Assembly: GCA_040954595.2 (NCBI GenBank)
Contig: CM082595.2
Span: 9,723,918-9,787,917 of the forward strand
Origin: Balanoglossus misakiensis
Taxonomy: Eukaryota; Animalia; Hemichordata
Direction: 5' to 3'
DNA length: 64,000 bases
Positions 1 to 11,802 of this stretch are shown one piece after another. The number at the start of each line of letters is the position of its first letter. Position 1 is the stretch's first letter. The notes beneath the pieces are model-generated. The model did not search any database. It saw only the letters and a list, made by a program, of their open reading frames with translations, and was not told the DNA's origin. The translations under genes and the position numbers were made by a program.

Positions 1-699
1 GTAAAATCTTTGAAATGTGTTTTACTCTTTAGGTCCAATTTTGTATATGTCAATATACCATTGGGACCAATGTGATATTGTTCTAAACTCAGAAACTCAA
101 GAAGGTACTGGTCAGATTGCTTTAGAAATTGGTGTGTATTTATGTTATTGAGACTTTATACAGATTTTATTTTTCATTTTTAAAGTATATTTTTGGGGTG
201 ATTTTGGTCGTCATATACTCAGAAACCTCTACCCACATTTTTTTAAAAATTTGGTTTGCATGTTCTTAGGTGTGATTTTATGACAATTTAACAAACCCAG
301 TGATGGAAGTGACAATATTGTTTTTTTTTTTTTTTGGCAATTTCTGCCATTTTTGTCTGATTGCTTTGCAATTTAGTTTGCAGTTTCTAGGGAATTCTTA
401 CTGTGGTGCACAAAATTCACAAAGGTGATTTACTATCCTCATGCGCTTTGTTGAACTGGCACCCTGTTGCAAAACAGACATTACAACACTCTTTGAATTG
501 AATTCATAGCTACCAATTTTTCGGGGGTGTAGCACCTTTTTTATGCCTAAAACTTTGATCGAGAACTTCAAATTAAATGCAACCCTCCAAATATTTGCAA
601 TATTTCAGGTATAATGATTTAATTTTAAAGCATAAATTTTGATGTATTCATAATCATTAAGAGAAACACATTTTGAAAATAGAATATTAATCACACTAG

Positions 700-1490
700 C
701 AGTCATAATACTTTTGAATCATCACTAAAGAACATATAGAAAAATTAAACAGGTTTTAATTATTTATATTTGAACGCAAAGCGTAAATTCCCTTGTGCCA
801 TGGAATTGACAATCTGCAACTGGTGGGGTCCTTCTGCCAGTAAAAAGCATCAGATAAATTCTGCATGCTCATCACCGAGGCAATTTAGGTGTACTTTTGT
901 ACTTTGAGAACTGTCGGTTTTCGCAACTGAAACTATGTTCACAGGACAGAGGAAAAACTAGAATGACAACAGCTATGTAAGCTAACAAAAGGAACACAGA
1001 GCATAGTTCTCCATACTCACATTTTAATGCAATAATTTTTGCTGAAACTGGGGCGTCCGTGGGCAGGCAAAGGCAGTTCTAACTCGACTTGCAAATAAGG
1101 CCCATGTCTCTTGTTCGCTGAGATTGTCTGGTTCTAATAATAGCTGTAAGAACTTGATCATTGACCGAACTGTTGGTTCAATTTTGCAACATTTTATGAT
1201 TTCAAGCTGTGCAATATTTGCAACTCAGTTTCAACTTTGGTTGGAGGGATGATGATGAAGCCATTTCACTGACAAAATAGCGCTACTGACTGATGTCAAT
1301 GTTTGTTTACAGTCGAATGCATTGCCATCATAAAAATACATGTGAGAAATTTCTTATGTGTATGATACACACTTTTGTGCATGACTGCAAACTCTGTTAC
1401 AGTTGTGAAATTCTAAGGGTTGAATTCATTGGGTAGAATTCATGTTTTTTGGATTCTTAAACAACCAGTCACGAAAGCTAAGTGGTTACC
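700..1490. repeat. Interspersed repeat with an inverted copy at about 17355-18135 (and a duplicated copy at about 24344-25134)
   Basis: e.g. ggttggagggatgatgatgaagccatttcactgacaaaatag near 1240 is the reverse complement of ctattttgtcagtgaaatggcttcatcatcatccctccaacc near 17560; similarity is collinear across the interval. Confidence 0.85.
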
Positions 1491-1902
1491 TCAGAGAAAC
1501 TGTGTTAAATTTGGTCATCAATTGCTTTAAATCACACAAGACATTCCCAGAGCTAAAGTTACTGCAGCAGTCAGTTTCAACTCAGCTTGCAAATTGGGAT
1601 CATGTCTTGTGTTCATCGAGACTGTCTGTAGTCGAGTTGACAGTCCTATGGGGTCAATGATGAACCTACAAATGTTCTTTCCAATGAAATTGTTATAAAT
1701 CTAATATTCAGGATTTGCATTCATACCTTAAACAATATAACTGTATTGCAAATATGGCAACTCTTCTAAGTTACATTGGAACACCTTCTCGCCACTGTTT
1801 GTGCCAAAATGGTGAATAAGCTTTCATTTTCAAGCCTTAACATAGGCACCCAAAACAAGACAACAGCATTGCAAATATGGCATTTTTTGTTCAACTCTTC
1901 TC

Positions 1903-2556
1903 ATTTGCATAGTCCAAAATGGCCGCCAAACTCCACTAACATGTAAATTTCCTATGGTCGTCTTAAATAGCGTGTAGTATCGCATTTGAAGGGTTTTCAT
2001 CAATATGGGTACCTAAAACAATTTCAACGTGGTTGACATTGCAATGTTAGACAGCTGTTCTAATTTGCATAATCTAGAATGGCCGACAAACTTCTCTAAC
2101 ATGTAAATTTACTATGGTTGTCTTTAATAGTGTGTAATATCGCATTTGCAGGGTTTTCATCAATATGGGTACCTAAAACAATTTCAACGTCGTTGACATG
2201 GCAATATTAGACAGCTGTTCTAATTTGCATAATCCAAAATGGCCACCAAACTCTTCTTAAATGTAAATTTCCCTGTTTTGTCTTATATGGTGCCTAAAAT
2301 CGCATTTGCAGGGTTTTCATCAACATGGGTAACTAAAACAATTTCAGCATGGTTGACATGGCAATATTAGACAACTGTTCTTATTTGCATAATCCAAAAT
2401 GGCTGACAAACTTCTCTAACATGTAAATTTCCCTGGTTTGTCTTATATGGTGTGTAATATCGCATTTTCACGGTTTTAATTAATATGGGTACCTAAAACA
2501 ATTTCAACGTGGTTGACATGGCAATATTAGACAACTGTTCTAATTTGCATAATTCG
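1903..2556 (+). repeat. 160-bp tandem repeat, about 4 diverged copies
   Basis: atttgcat...aaaatggc anchor recurs at 1903, 2063, 2223, 2383, 2543. Confidence 0.9.
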
Positions 2557-3162
2557 AACACCTGCTGGATAATTTAATTTTTGCCCTTCTTGTCCCATGA
2601 TTATATGTGTAATGTCTCATTTTCAATGTGTTTACATGTATATATGCAGAATCCATTTCAAACTAAGTGGGCATATTGTAGCGCCAATCTTATTTCTTAA
2701 TCCGCACCACAGAACTGATGCAAGGTTTAGGACTGGAAATGTATGTGGCCATTGGCCGACACCCCGGGCGAGAGGTCTCCAATTATTTTCAGCACGTAGT
2801 GTGCTTCCCGGTTGATAACATCAATATGTGTAAATGCCAAAAACCCGACCTATTGTAATACCAGTCAAATTTTCTTTGTCATTTACCATTTTTCTCTTGC
2901 ATATGAAGGTTTTTCTTAAAGAGTACATACCCATATACATTTGTATGGGAGCACACATCCCCACCCCCTGCCAACAATAATTGGACAACTTTATTCTTCT
3001 TATACTTCTTTTTAGTCTAAACATTCATATAGAGAAGGCAACATGTTCTTGAAGCTGCTGACTATGGAAATATGATGAAGTACATTTTCCTAGTTGTACA
3101 TGTACAGTATGATAGGCCCAATGTACCAATTGGAGATGTGTGCCTTACAGGCAACATACATG

Positions 3163-5270
3163 TAGCTCTGCATGGGCTGGTTAATCAATGTTGACGCAAA
3201 GGTTGACCCTACCAAACACTCAAAATTAATGGGCACGACACTGGCCACTAGCTCTGCATGGCCTGGTTAATCAATGTTGACGCAAAGGTTGACCCCACCA
3301 AACACTCAAAATTGATGGGCACGACACTGGCCACTAGCTCTGCATGGCCTGGTTAATCAATGTTGACGCAAAGGTTGACCCCACCAAACACTCAAAATTG
3401 ATGGGCACGACACTGGCCACTAGCTCTGCATGGCCTGGTTAATCAATGTTGACGCAAAGGTTGACCCCACCAAACACTCAAAATTGATGGGCACGACACT
3501 GGCCACTAGCTCTGCATGGCCTGGTTAATCAATGTTGACGCAAAGGTTGACCCCACCAAACACTCAAAATTGATGGGCACGACACTGGCCACTAGCTCTG
3601 CATGGCCTGGTTAATCAATGTTGACGCAAAGGTTGACCCCACCAAACACTCAAAATTGATGGGCACGACACTGGCCACTAGCTCTGCATGGCCTGGTTAA
3701 TCAATGTTGACGCAAAGGTTGACCCCACCAAACACTCAAAATTGATGGGCACGACACTGGCCACTAGCTCTGCATGGCCTGGTTAATCAATGTTGACGCA
3801 AAGGTTGACCCCACCAAACACTCAAAATTAATGGGCACGACACTGGCCACTAGCTCTGCATGGCCTGGTTAATCAATGTTGACGCAAAGGTTGACCCCAC
3901 CAAACACTCAAAATTGATGGGCACGACACTGGCCACTAGCTCTGCATGGCCTGGCTAATCAAGGTTGACGCAAAGGTTGACCCCACCAAACACTCAAAAT
4001 TGATGGGCACGACACTGGCCCCTAGCTCTGCATGGCCAGGCTAATCAAGGTTGACGCAAAGGTTGACCCCACCAAACACTCAAAATTGATGGGCACGACA
4101 CTGGCCACTAGCTCTGCATGGCCTGGTTAATCAATGTTGACGCAAAGGTTGACCCCACCAAACACTCAAAATTGATGGGCGCGACACTGGCCACTAGCTC
4201 TGCATGGCCTAGTTAATCAATGTTGACGCAAAGGTTGACCCCACCAAACACTCAAAATTGATGGGCACGACACTGGCCACTAGCTCTGCATGGCCTGGTT
4301 AATCAATGTTGACGCAAAGGTTGACCCCACCAAACACTCAAAATTGATGGGCACGACACTGGCCACTAGCTCTGCATGGCCTGGTTAATCAATGTTGACG
4401 CAAAGGTTGACCCCACCAAACACTCAAAATTGATGGGCACGACACTGGCCACTAGCTCTGCATGGCCTGGTTAATCAATGTTGACGCAAAGGTTGACCCC
4501 ACCAAACACTCAAAATTGATGGGCACGACACTGGCCACTAGCTCTGCATGGCCTGGTTAATCAATGTTGACGCAAAGGTTGACCCCACCAAACACTCAAA
4601 ATTAATGGGCACGACACTGGCCACTAGCTCTGCATGGCCTGGTTAATCAATGTTGACGCAAAGGTTGACCCCACCAAACACTCAAAATTGATGGGCACGA
4701 CACTGGCCACTAGCTCTGCATGGCCTGGCTAATCAAGGTTGACGCAAAGGTTGACCCCGCCAAACACTCAAAATTGATGGGCACGACACTGGCCCCTAGC
4801 TCTGCATGGCCTGGCTAATCAAGGTTGACGCAAAGGTTGACCCCACCAAACACTCAAAATTAATGGGCGCGACACTGGCCACTAGCTCTGGCCTGGCTAA
4901 TCAAGGTTGACGCAAAGGTTGACCCCACCAAACACTCAAAATTGATGGGCACGACACTGGCCACTAGCTCTGGCCTGGCTAATCAAGGTTGACGCAAGGG
5001 TTGACCCCACCAAACACTCAAAATTAATGGGCGCAACACTGGCCACTAAGCTCTGGCCTGGCTAATCAATGTTGACGCAAGGGTTGACCCCGCCAAACAC
5101 TCATAATTGATGGGCACGACACTGGCCACTAGCTCTGGCCTGGCTAATCAAGGTTGACGCAAGGGTTGACCCCACCAAACACTCAAAATTGATGGGCACG
5201 ACACTGGCCACTAAGCTCTGGCCTGGCTAATCAAGGTTGACGCAAGGGTTGACCCCACCAAACACTCATA
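3163..5270 (+). repeat. 86-bp tandem repeat (minisatellite/satellite) array, about 25 units
   Basis: Unit tagctctgcatggcctggttaatcaatgttgacgcaaaggttgaccccaccaaacactcaaaattgatgggcacgacactggccac repeated head-to-tail with no spacers; 82-83-bp variants lacking catg at the right end. Confidence 0.98.
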
Positions 5271-5505
5271 TTTTACATGGTTAACCACGCCTTGAGAAAA
5301 GTAATTATAAGAGAACTTTGTTTCCAAAGTTAGGGGAGAATAATCTAACGGGAGATGGGAGTACCTCAGGCTACTGAGCTCGTTCCCTTCCTCATGTACT
5401 TTACTGGGCGTATTTGATGTACTATAATAATTCCGGACAATAAATGAACGTAAATCAGATACGTTTCTCTGTGGATCACGGTTCTCGTCAGAGCCCGTTA
5501 CCTCA

Positions 5506-5695
5506 GAGCAACCAACAAAGAGGTCGTGGTAGAACCAGTCGCTCATCAACAAGGCCTGCACAGACAACTGGTAAGTGTTTTGAATGTGGACGGTTCGGCC
5601 ATTTTAGAAGAAACTGTCCTAATCGGTTCCAGTGTTTCAAGTGTCATCGTTACGGACATAAGGCAGCCAATTGTCCTGAATTTTACCCAAACTAG
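5506..5695 (+). pseudogene. Gypsy gag C-terminal fragment with two CX2CX4HX4C zinc knuckles
   Basis: CFECGRFGHFRRNC and CFKCHRYGHKAANC in ORF 5444..5695; the ORF's first 20 codons come from the unrelated duplicated flank. Confidence 0.88.
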
Positions 5696-5729
5696 TGGGA
5701 GGTCGGGGCGCTGGCCAGCCCTTGACCTC
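5686..5729 (+). promoter_or_regulatory. Putative -1 programmed ribosomal frameshift signal (gag-pol)
   Basis: C CCA AAC heptamer (5686-5692) in gag phase directly before TAG; the -1 frame enters ORF 5695..6459; stem gaggtcgggg/cccttgacctc at 5699-5729 begins 6 nt downstream. Confidence 0.7.
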
Positions 5730-6327
5730 TGTTGAGAAGACGGCCATGGATGGTCTGTGTACTGATGATCTGGTGAGTGGCAATGTTCGGGGGACCCCGG
5801 AACTGCCTGTCCGGGGCCTTAGAGCCTGGGGATTGCCACATGACCAGAATCAGTATCATAGTCAACAAACTGTTACCGAACAACAAATGAACAACGATGA
5901 ACTCTCACCCCAAATATTAACCACAATGACTTCACGCACATGCGGCGACCAATATAGGACTACGGGTATGATAAATGGAGTTGAGACGCCCATATTCGTA
6001 GATAGTGGTTTACAAATTACCATAGTCAGAAGTGATCTACCAGCCATAAACGGGTTGCCACTGTATCCTGTGAATATTCAGCCAGAAGCAGTTAATGGTA
6101 CACCCGTATGCTTTGATGGCCAGGTGCAAGTCGATCTTACTGTTCAAAATTTTGTCATTGGTCCAACATGGGTGTATGTAATGTCTCCAAAGCTCATGCG
6201 CAATGAATTCTTGATGGGAACGGATGTTATGGAAAAACTGGGAAGCATGGAAGTTGATTTTGTAAAGAAAACTGTGACTTTCAAAGGACTGACACAACCT
6301 AATACTTACCTCAGCAAACCTGTAAAT
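5695..6327 (+). pseudogene. Gypsy pol N-terminus, retropepsin aspartic protease; truncated
   Basis: GMINGVETPIFVDSGLQITIV ... FLMGTDVMEKLG..VDF matches retropepsin motifs; sequence after 6327 is a foreign inverted insert. Confidence 0.85.
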
Positions 6328-6437
6328 AACAAGATGGCGTTCCCTCTCCAAAACGAGGCTACCCACCTCCCACCTCTTGACACAGAGGGCGCCATTCACA
6401 AAAGTACTCAAATGTCTCATAACTTCCCCCCCTTCCC
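6328..6437 (-). repeat. 110-bp inverted copy of 7790-7899 (PPT plus LTR start)
   Basis: Peptide NKMAFPLQNEATHLPPLDTEGAIHKSTQMSHNFPPFP appears in both ORF 5695..6459(+) and ORF 7771..8163(-). Confidence 0.95.
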
Positions 6438-6439
6438 AA

Positions 6440-7639
6440 AGGAAATCGCTACATTGTAACCATAAATGATGGCTTTAGTAAATTTGTTGTAGCTAAAGCA
6501 GTACCCAATCAAGAAAGTTCTACCATAGCAGAAATATTCATCAATGATTGGTGTTTGTTGTTTGGTCCACCAGAGACATTACACAGTGATCAGGGACGAA
6601 ATTTCGAAAGTAATCTCCTGTCTGAGGTGTGCAGAATGTTCAACACATCAAAAACAAGAACATCAAGTTACCACCCATCTGGAAATGGACAAACAGAACA
6701 TTTCAACCTTACTTTGGCTGACATGTTAAAGAACTATGTTAACGAGTGTCAAGACAATTGGGATGACCATCTACCAAAAGTCATCCACACCTATAACACG
6801 AGTGAACATGATGCTACCGGGCATACACCGTATTTCTTACTGTACGGTCAGGAGGTTAGAACTGCATTGCAGCCAGTACCCACAGACACAGTCAATTCAA
6901 GAGGTTTGTGTACAGCCCGGGACAGGGTCAAAGATCATTTTGACAAACTCACCAAGGCCAGAAAACTGGTGTATGATAGACTGGCTAAATTGAGAGACAG
7001 ACGTTGTGAGAAGTCAAAGATAAACAGCCGATTCTGTAAATACAATGTTGGTGACAAAGTTATGGTTGCTAACAATGCCAGAAGGAAGGGACGTTCACCT
7101 AAACTCAGTGCCCGATGGAATGGTCCTTACATCGTCGTCAAGGTAATCAGCGATGTGTTGTACAGGATAAGTCAGGGGGGGGGGGGGGGGGGCGGAGAAG
7201 GAAAGTGATACATCATGATCAACTTCGTCCATACAGAGAGAGGCCAGGACATTTATACAGTAAGACGAGTGAGCAGACAATTGATGCTGGTTCGCCTTTG
7301 CGAGATCCAGAGGTGTCAACTAATGGTAATGACCAACCGTCAGTTGCCGATAGTAGTGATTCCGATTCCGATTCTGAGGATGGGGATCTTTTGGGAAGTT
7401 CACGTATAGGAAATATACCAACCCAGGGGAGTGTGTTACCCACCCAGGGGAGTGTGGTACCAGACCGTCAGACGGAAATGGAGCCGACTGGAAATGAAGG
7501 GATGGATGCTGCAGGGTCAGGGAGCCAGCAGACTGATGGCAACCATGGTGCAGAATCTAATTTGCGTCGTTCTACCAGAGTGCGCCGTATTCCACGTCGG
7601 TTGCAGGATTATGTACTCACGGAACAGATATCGGACTAA
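6440..7639 (+). pseudogene. Gypsy integrase core and C-terminus, frameshifted at the poly-G run near 7174-7192
   Basis: FGPPETLHSDQGRNFES, TSSYHPSGNGQTEHFN, TPYFLLYG, KLSARWNGPYIVV, then HHDQLRPY and LRRSTRVRRIPRRLQDY in the next frame. Confidence 0.9.
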
Positions 7640-7978
7640 AACTGTCTTTGTTGACTGTCGACTACTGTGTATGAAAAAAATGCATTGATTGTTAAACATT
7701 ATTTATTTATTTATTTTATTTAATTATTTGCAACAGGCATGGAACACTTGGACTCTTGAATTTATTCTTGTCACATGTGGACATGTGCAGGGAAGGGGGG
7801 GAAGTTATGAGACATTTGAGTACTTTTGTGAATGGCGCCCTCTGTGTCAAGAGGTGGGAGGTGGGTAGCCTCGTTTTGGAGAGGGAACGCCATCTTGTTT
7901 TTGGTGTGTGATTGTAGATGTCGAGCATGGTCTGATGTGAATAAAGAGTCCATTGAAATACAGTTGTGTGTAGACGTT

Positions 7979-8914
7979 TCAACAATTTCTGCAATAATCA
8001 GCAACGCTCTTTCTAATTTTTGGCCAATAGAAATGTCGAGTAATTTTCCACATAGTCTTGGAAACACCCAAGTGTCCACCCATTGGACCCTCATGGGCCA
8101 ATCCCAAAATCTGAGATCGATAACTTTCAGGAACAACAATTTGGTACAATACCGACCATTCATTCGACGCAGGCTCAGTGGGAGGACGCCATTTTCTCAT
8201 CAGTACTCCCTGATTCACAAAGTAACCCCTTGGAACCTTTTTCAACTCATCGACAGACAAAACCACTTCAAACAGTGGAGCAAGATCGGAATCTTTACTC
8301 TGTTCTGATATCAATTTCTCACGAGACAGCGACATTTTCGAATCAACTTTATCGACTGACGTTTTCGAAACATTATCATCAACTTTCAATAAACTTTCAT
8401 CGTCTACAACATTCGAAATCAACTTTCCCATAAAAGTCTCAGACAAATCAAGATCATCAGACATCGATTCTAAATTATGCGCTTCTTTGTTCATGTGCTT
8501 GACCTGAGAACGTGTTACGGCACAAGCAGGAAAAATACCGGGAATGTCATTCTCCAGCTTTTCGGTTTCGGCAGACGTAACTGGACCAAACACCACTTTA
8601 GGATCAGCAATGACCCGACCTCCGGCCAAATCATTGCCTAGCAACAAATATATACCTTTAATCGGCAATGACGGTCGAATCCCCACCACTACAGGACCAG
8701 ACACCAAACTTGAATCAAGGACTACTCGATGAAGAGGTACCGTAAGGAAATTTCCCTCAATACCTTGTATAATAACTTGCTCCCCAGTATCCGTCCCAGA
8801 ATCAACAGGCAAAATTCCTTCTAACAGCAAAGACTGGGTTGCACCTGTGTCCCGCAAGATCCGAATGGGCATAGGTTTTCCCCCCAACAACTGACACAAA
8901 CCCATCTGTAACAA
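7979..8914 (-). pseudogene. Gmr1-like pol: protease plus integrase zinc-binding domain, truncated
   Basis: IRILRDTGATQSLL, LLLGNDLAGG; QIVVPESYRSQILGLAHEGPMGGHLGVSKT...FYWPKIRKSVADYCRNC ending abruptly; out of frame with gag at the G6A4 run near 8876-8885. Confidence 0.88.
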
Positions 8915-10283
8915 AGGGCTGAAATTCCTTTCTAATTACGGGTTTTCTAATTTCATCAATACGACTTGATAAAGCTTCCGAAACAACTTTTGGACAAGCA
9001 GACACAAAAGCATTAGGCGACGCTACATTTTGCTGTGCCCGTTTCAAAAGCAAACATTCATTTCTTGTGTGTCCCCTCTTTTGGCAATATGAACACTGAG
9101 GAAACGTAGGACATGACGACATTACGTGCCCCGGTTTCTTACAATAATGGCATATGGGAGGGCTCGAGCCAATTCTCAATTTATTCTGATGATTAAAATT
9201 TGATCCACTTGTACGATTTACCTGAATGGGAGGTTTTGAATAATTTGGTTTATACCCTCCAGCATTGGCGACAGTCGCTGACGCTGTTGCCCTACCCGGT
9301 CCATGGTCTTTACCTCTGTAAGAAGAAAGTTTATGTGTCAATGCAAAATCATCAGACATTGTGGCAGCTTTATGCAATGACTCAATATCTCTTTCATCTA
9401 AATATGTTTTGATTTCATCATGCACGCAACTCTTAAATTCTTCAATCAAAATTAACTGTTTCAATTTATCAAAATCGTTTCCAACATCTTTAGCACGGCA
9501 CCATCGGTCAAAATACACCTCTTTCAAATGGGCAAATTCAACATGAGTACGACTCGACTTCTGCAAATTTCTAAATTTCTGTCGATATGCCTCCGGCACC
9601 AACTCATACGCTTTCAAAATAGCAGTTTTAACTGCCTCATAATCGACATACTCATCAGGGGACAAATTCGAGTATGCTTCTTGAGCTTTACCTCTCAAAA
9701 CACTTTGCAACAACAAAGGCCACTTATCCTTAGGCCATTTCAAACTATTGGCGACACGCTCAAAATGTTGGAAATATTTATCTATATCATCCTCATTAAA
9801 TTGAGGTACTAAGCGTATCTGTTTTCCCAAATCAAAATAACTCTCTTCATTTCTTACATCTGGTCGAAGACCCATTGACTCTCTCTCAAGATTATTTCTC
9901 ATTTCCATTTCTTTTATTTTCATCTTTTCCGCAGTTTCAATTTCTTTTACTCTAATTTCGAATTCTTTTAATTTCAATTTTTCCTGCATTTCAATTTCTT
10001 TTAATTTCAATTTCTCCTTCAATTCAAATTCCATTTTTAATTCCATCAGACGCAAATCAGCATTTGTCGACTTTTCTTCAATTTCAGGATACTGAATTAA
10101 AGCATCTAGTGGCAATTTATCCTCATCGACCAGAAATGCAACAATGATACGCTTAATTTCATCTTTACGCATGGAAGTTTTCACGCTGAGCTCAAGTTTG
10201 TTTGCAATCTCAATTAAATCCACCTTTTTACATGCTTCCAATCCGGCAAGGGATGGTGACTCAATAAATTCTGCGATATCCAT
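8802..10283 (-). CDS. Gmr1-like gag (coiled coil, SCAN/capsid-like domain, two CCHC knuckles)
   Basis: VPQFNEDDIDKYFQHFERVA..W..LLQSVLRGKAQEAY..YEAVKTAILKAYELVPEAYRQKFR; CHYCKKPGHVMSSC and CSYCQKRGHTRNEC; probable start MDIAEF at 10283 downstream of the PBS. Confidence 0.88.
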   Translation of the reverse strand: MDIAEFIESPSLAGLEACKKVDLIEIANKLELSVKTSMRKDEIKRIIVAFLVDEDKLPLDALIQYPEIEEKSTNADLRLMELKMEFELKEKLKLKEIEMQEKLKLKEFEIRVKEIETAEKMKIKEMEMRNNLERESMGLRPDVRNEESYFDLGKQIRLVPQFNEDDIDKYFQHFERVANSLKWPKDKWPLLLQSVLRGKAQEAYSNLSPDEYVDYEAVKTAILKAYELVPEAYRQKFRNLQKSSRTHVEFAHLKEVYFDRWCRAKDVGNDFDKLKQLILIEEFKSCVHDEIKTYLDERDIESLHKAATMSDDFALTHKLSSYRGKDHGPGRATASATVANAGGYKPNYSKPPIQVNRTSGSNFNHQNKLRIGSSPPICHYCKKPGHVMSSCPTFPQCSYCQKRGHTRNECLLLKRAQQNVASPNAFVSACPKVVSEALSSRIDEIRKPVIRKEFQPFVTDGFVSVVGGKTYAHSDLAGHRCNPVFAVRRNFAC

Positions 10284-10358
10284 GTTTCTTCTATATTTAT
10301 ACTCAAAAATAAATCTATACCACAATCTATACTACGTAACTAATACTACGGTTAAAAC

Positions 10359-10375
10359 TCCCGGACGAGCCCCCA
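10359..10375 (-). promoter_or_regulatory. Primer binding site complementary to tRNA-Pro 3' end
   Basis: Minus strand reads TGGGGGCTCGTCCGGGA immediately after the LTR-terminal ...TGACA. Confidence 0.92.
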
Positions 10376-11497
10376 TGTCACGCATCGACGGCTATACGTG
10401 AACTAGACAAATCGAATCGAACGATCAAATCTACGAAAATATATTCCACCTGGGGATTTAATTACTAATCATGAAAATATTACCCGTACATCAAAATACC
10501 ATATACAGACATGACAATCAAAACGCCACGTGGTCAAACTTATGAAAATAATCCGTTACAATCTTAACTTATCTTAACTTAACTTAAATCTAATAAATAA
10601 AGTCCGACAAACATCGTCCTCGTTGGCATGCATGTGGAGTCTGGTAATTCATCCAGGTCTTCCTCCTGTCCGACTTGACCGCGACGCAGATACTCTTCGT
10701 GCACTTGCCAAAGTACACCGAGACGTCACCGCACATTCATTCCACACCAGCAATGTCCATTGACAGATCAAAGTTCCGTACGGCTAAACGCCCAATTTCA
10801 GAACATCTCGACATCAATTCAGTGTAGTGTGCTGGGTTATTAAAATATACCACAGGTTGAGATGAAAAGTGATAGTCAAAACTCACATGGTTGGAGGATG
10901 TCTATGGATCCAAAATCATACACGTCAAACGCTATGGCTGCCATCCTATCAAATCCCCTAGGAAGTAGTCAGACCAGGTGGTCCTCAAGACTCCCCAAGC
11001 TACTAAAACACACGTATTCAATATACTAAATCTCACCACCGAGGGCGTAAACTCTAGAGAGACAATTACAAGTACATACAATTATGCTATATCACAGAAT
11101 ATCGTCACACGTAAGACACACATCCCTAACACGCGAAGCCAGCTTATCCTTTGATCAAATGGCAGCGCTATTCTAAATATTTTACAGCATGCCCTAAAGG
11201 ACAAACACGTGCCGCTGGAAGAGGCCAACACTCAGCAGAGACGGCAAGATGTTAACAGAGATGAGCCCCAACAATAAATTAATATTGTTCCTTTTATTTA
11301 GAAAACGCCGCATAATTAGCCAACCAATCATGGTTATGAGAAACCTCCAAAATACAATGTATCGATATTTACTGCATCTGTTCATACTTCGCCCGCGCTT
11401 TAAAAACCCTATAGCTGCTAAAATTGGCATATTTTTTTCCAGAGTACAATACTTCATATGTATATTCCCTATTCCCTAAAATCTTCACCCGTGACCA
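10376..11497 (-). mobile_element. 5' LTR of the Gmr1-like element (about 1.1 kb)
   Basis: Inner end abuts the PBS (tgtcacg at 10376); matching inverted terminus cgtgac(c)a at 11490-11497, where a different repeat begins. No second LTR available to confirm. Confidence 0.7.
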
Positions 11498-11745
11498 TTG
11501 AGCCATATTACTTGCATTTGCATTGGTTTGTCATAACTTGGCGTCGCATTTCACGATAGCTGCTTAGCTGCTATTGTTTGTATGAAGGCTGATTAAATCG
11601 GTGAGGCACCGTTTTAATACATAGCATGTTCCAATTGCAACATGCAGTCACAATCGGGCATCGATAAGATGTTTATGTATACCTATCAGTAAGCTTATTT
11701 TGATGAACCAATTTAAGTTGGAAAATAAAATCATGAAAATAATGC
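11496..11745. repeat. Interspersed repeat with diverged inverted copy at about 23330-23556
   Basis: cattgagccatattacttg..tttgcat..gtttgtcat versus atgacaaaccccatgcaaattcaagtaatatggctcaatg; tatacctatcagt versus actgataggtata. Confidence 0.7.
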
Positions 11746-11802
11746 TAAAAGTGGCAGCTTTGGAGGCTTTAAACTACAGTTCTCCCAAATTGTCTTGACT
11801 AA

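Larger units (their letters stand above)
1..5505 (+). repeat. Segmental duplication, copy A (partner 23645-33672); left boundary lies outside the window
   Basis: Position 1 (gtaaaatctttgaaatg) recurs at 23645; three ORF-track peptides recur identically at offset 23644 (1442/25086, 2597/26241, 2821/26465); shared sequence ends at gagcccgttacctca (5505 / 33672). Confidence 0.95.
5506..7978 (+). mobile_element. Rearranged Ty3/Gypsy LTR retrotransposon remnant (gag end, protease, integrase, PPT, start of 3' LTR; RT/RNase H missing)
   Basis: Two CCHC knuckles, DSG protease, rve-type integrase with GPY motif, purine tract at about 7789-7804 and AATAAA near 7940. Confidence 0.88.
7979..11497 (-). 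mobile_element. 3'-truncated Gmr1-like (Gypsy lineage) LTR retrotransposon
   Basis: LTR, tRNA-Pro PBS, SCAN-type gag, then protease immediately followed by the integrase HHCC domain (integrase-before-RT order typical of Gmr1). Confidence 0.85.

Noticed and set aside
1442-3024. Small ORFs conserved at 25086-26668
   Set aside because: Identity reflects the recent duplication, not selection; no protein motifs.
8870-8890. Programmed frameshift between Gmr1 gag and pol
   Set aside because: Required shift is +1 at a G6A4 run with no canonical signal; a single-base indel or sequencing error is simpler.
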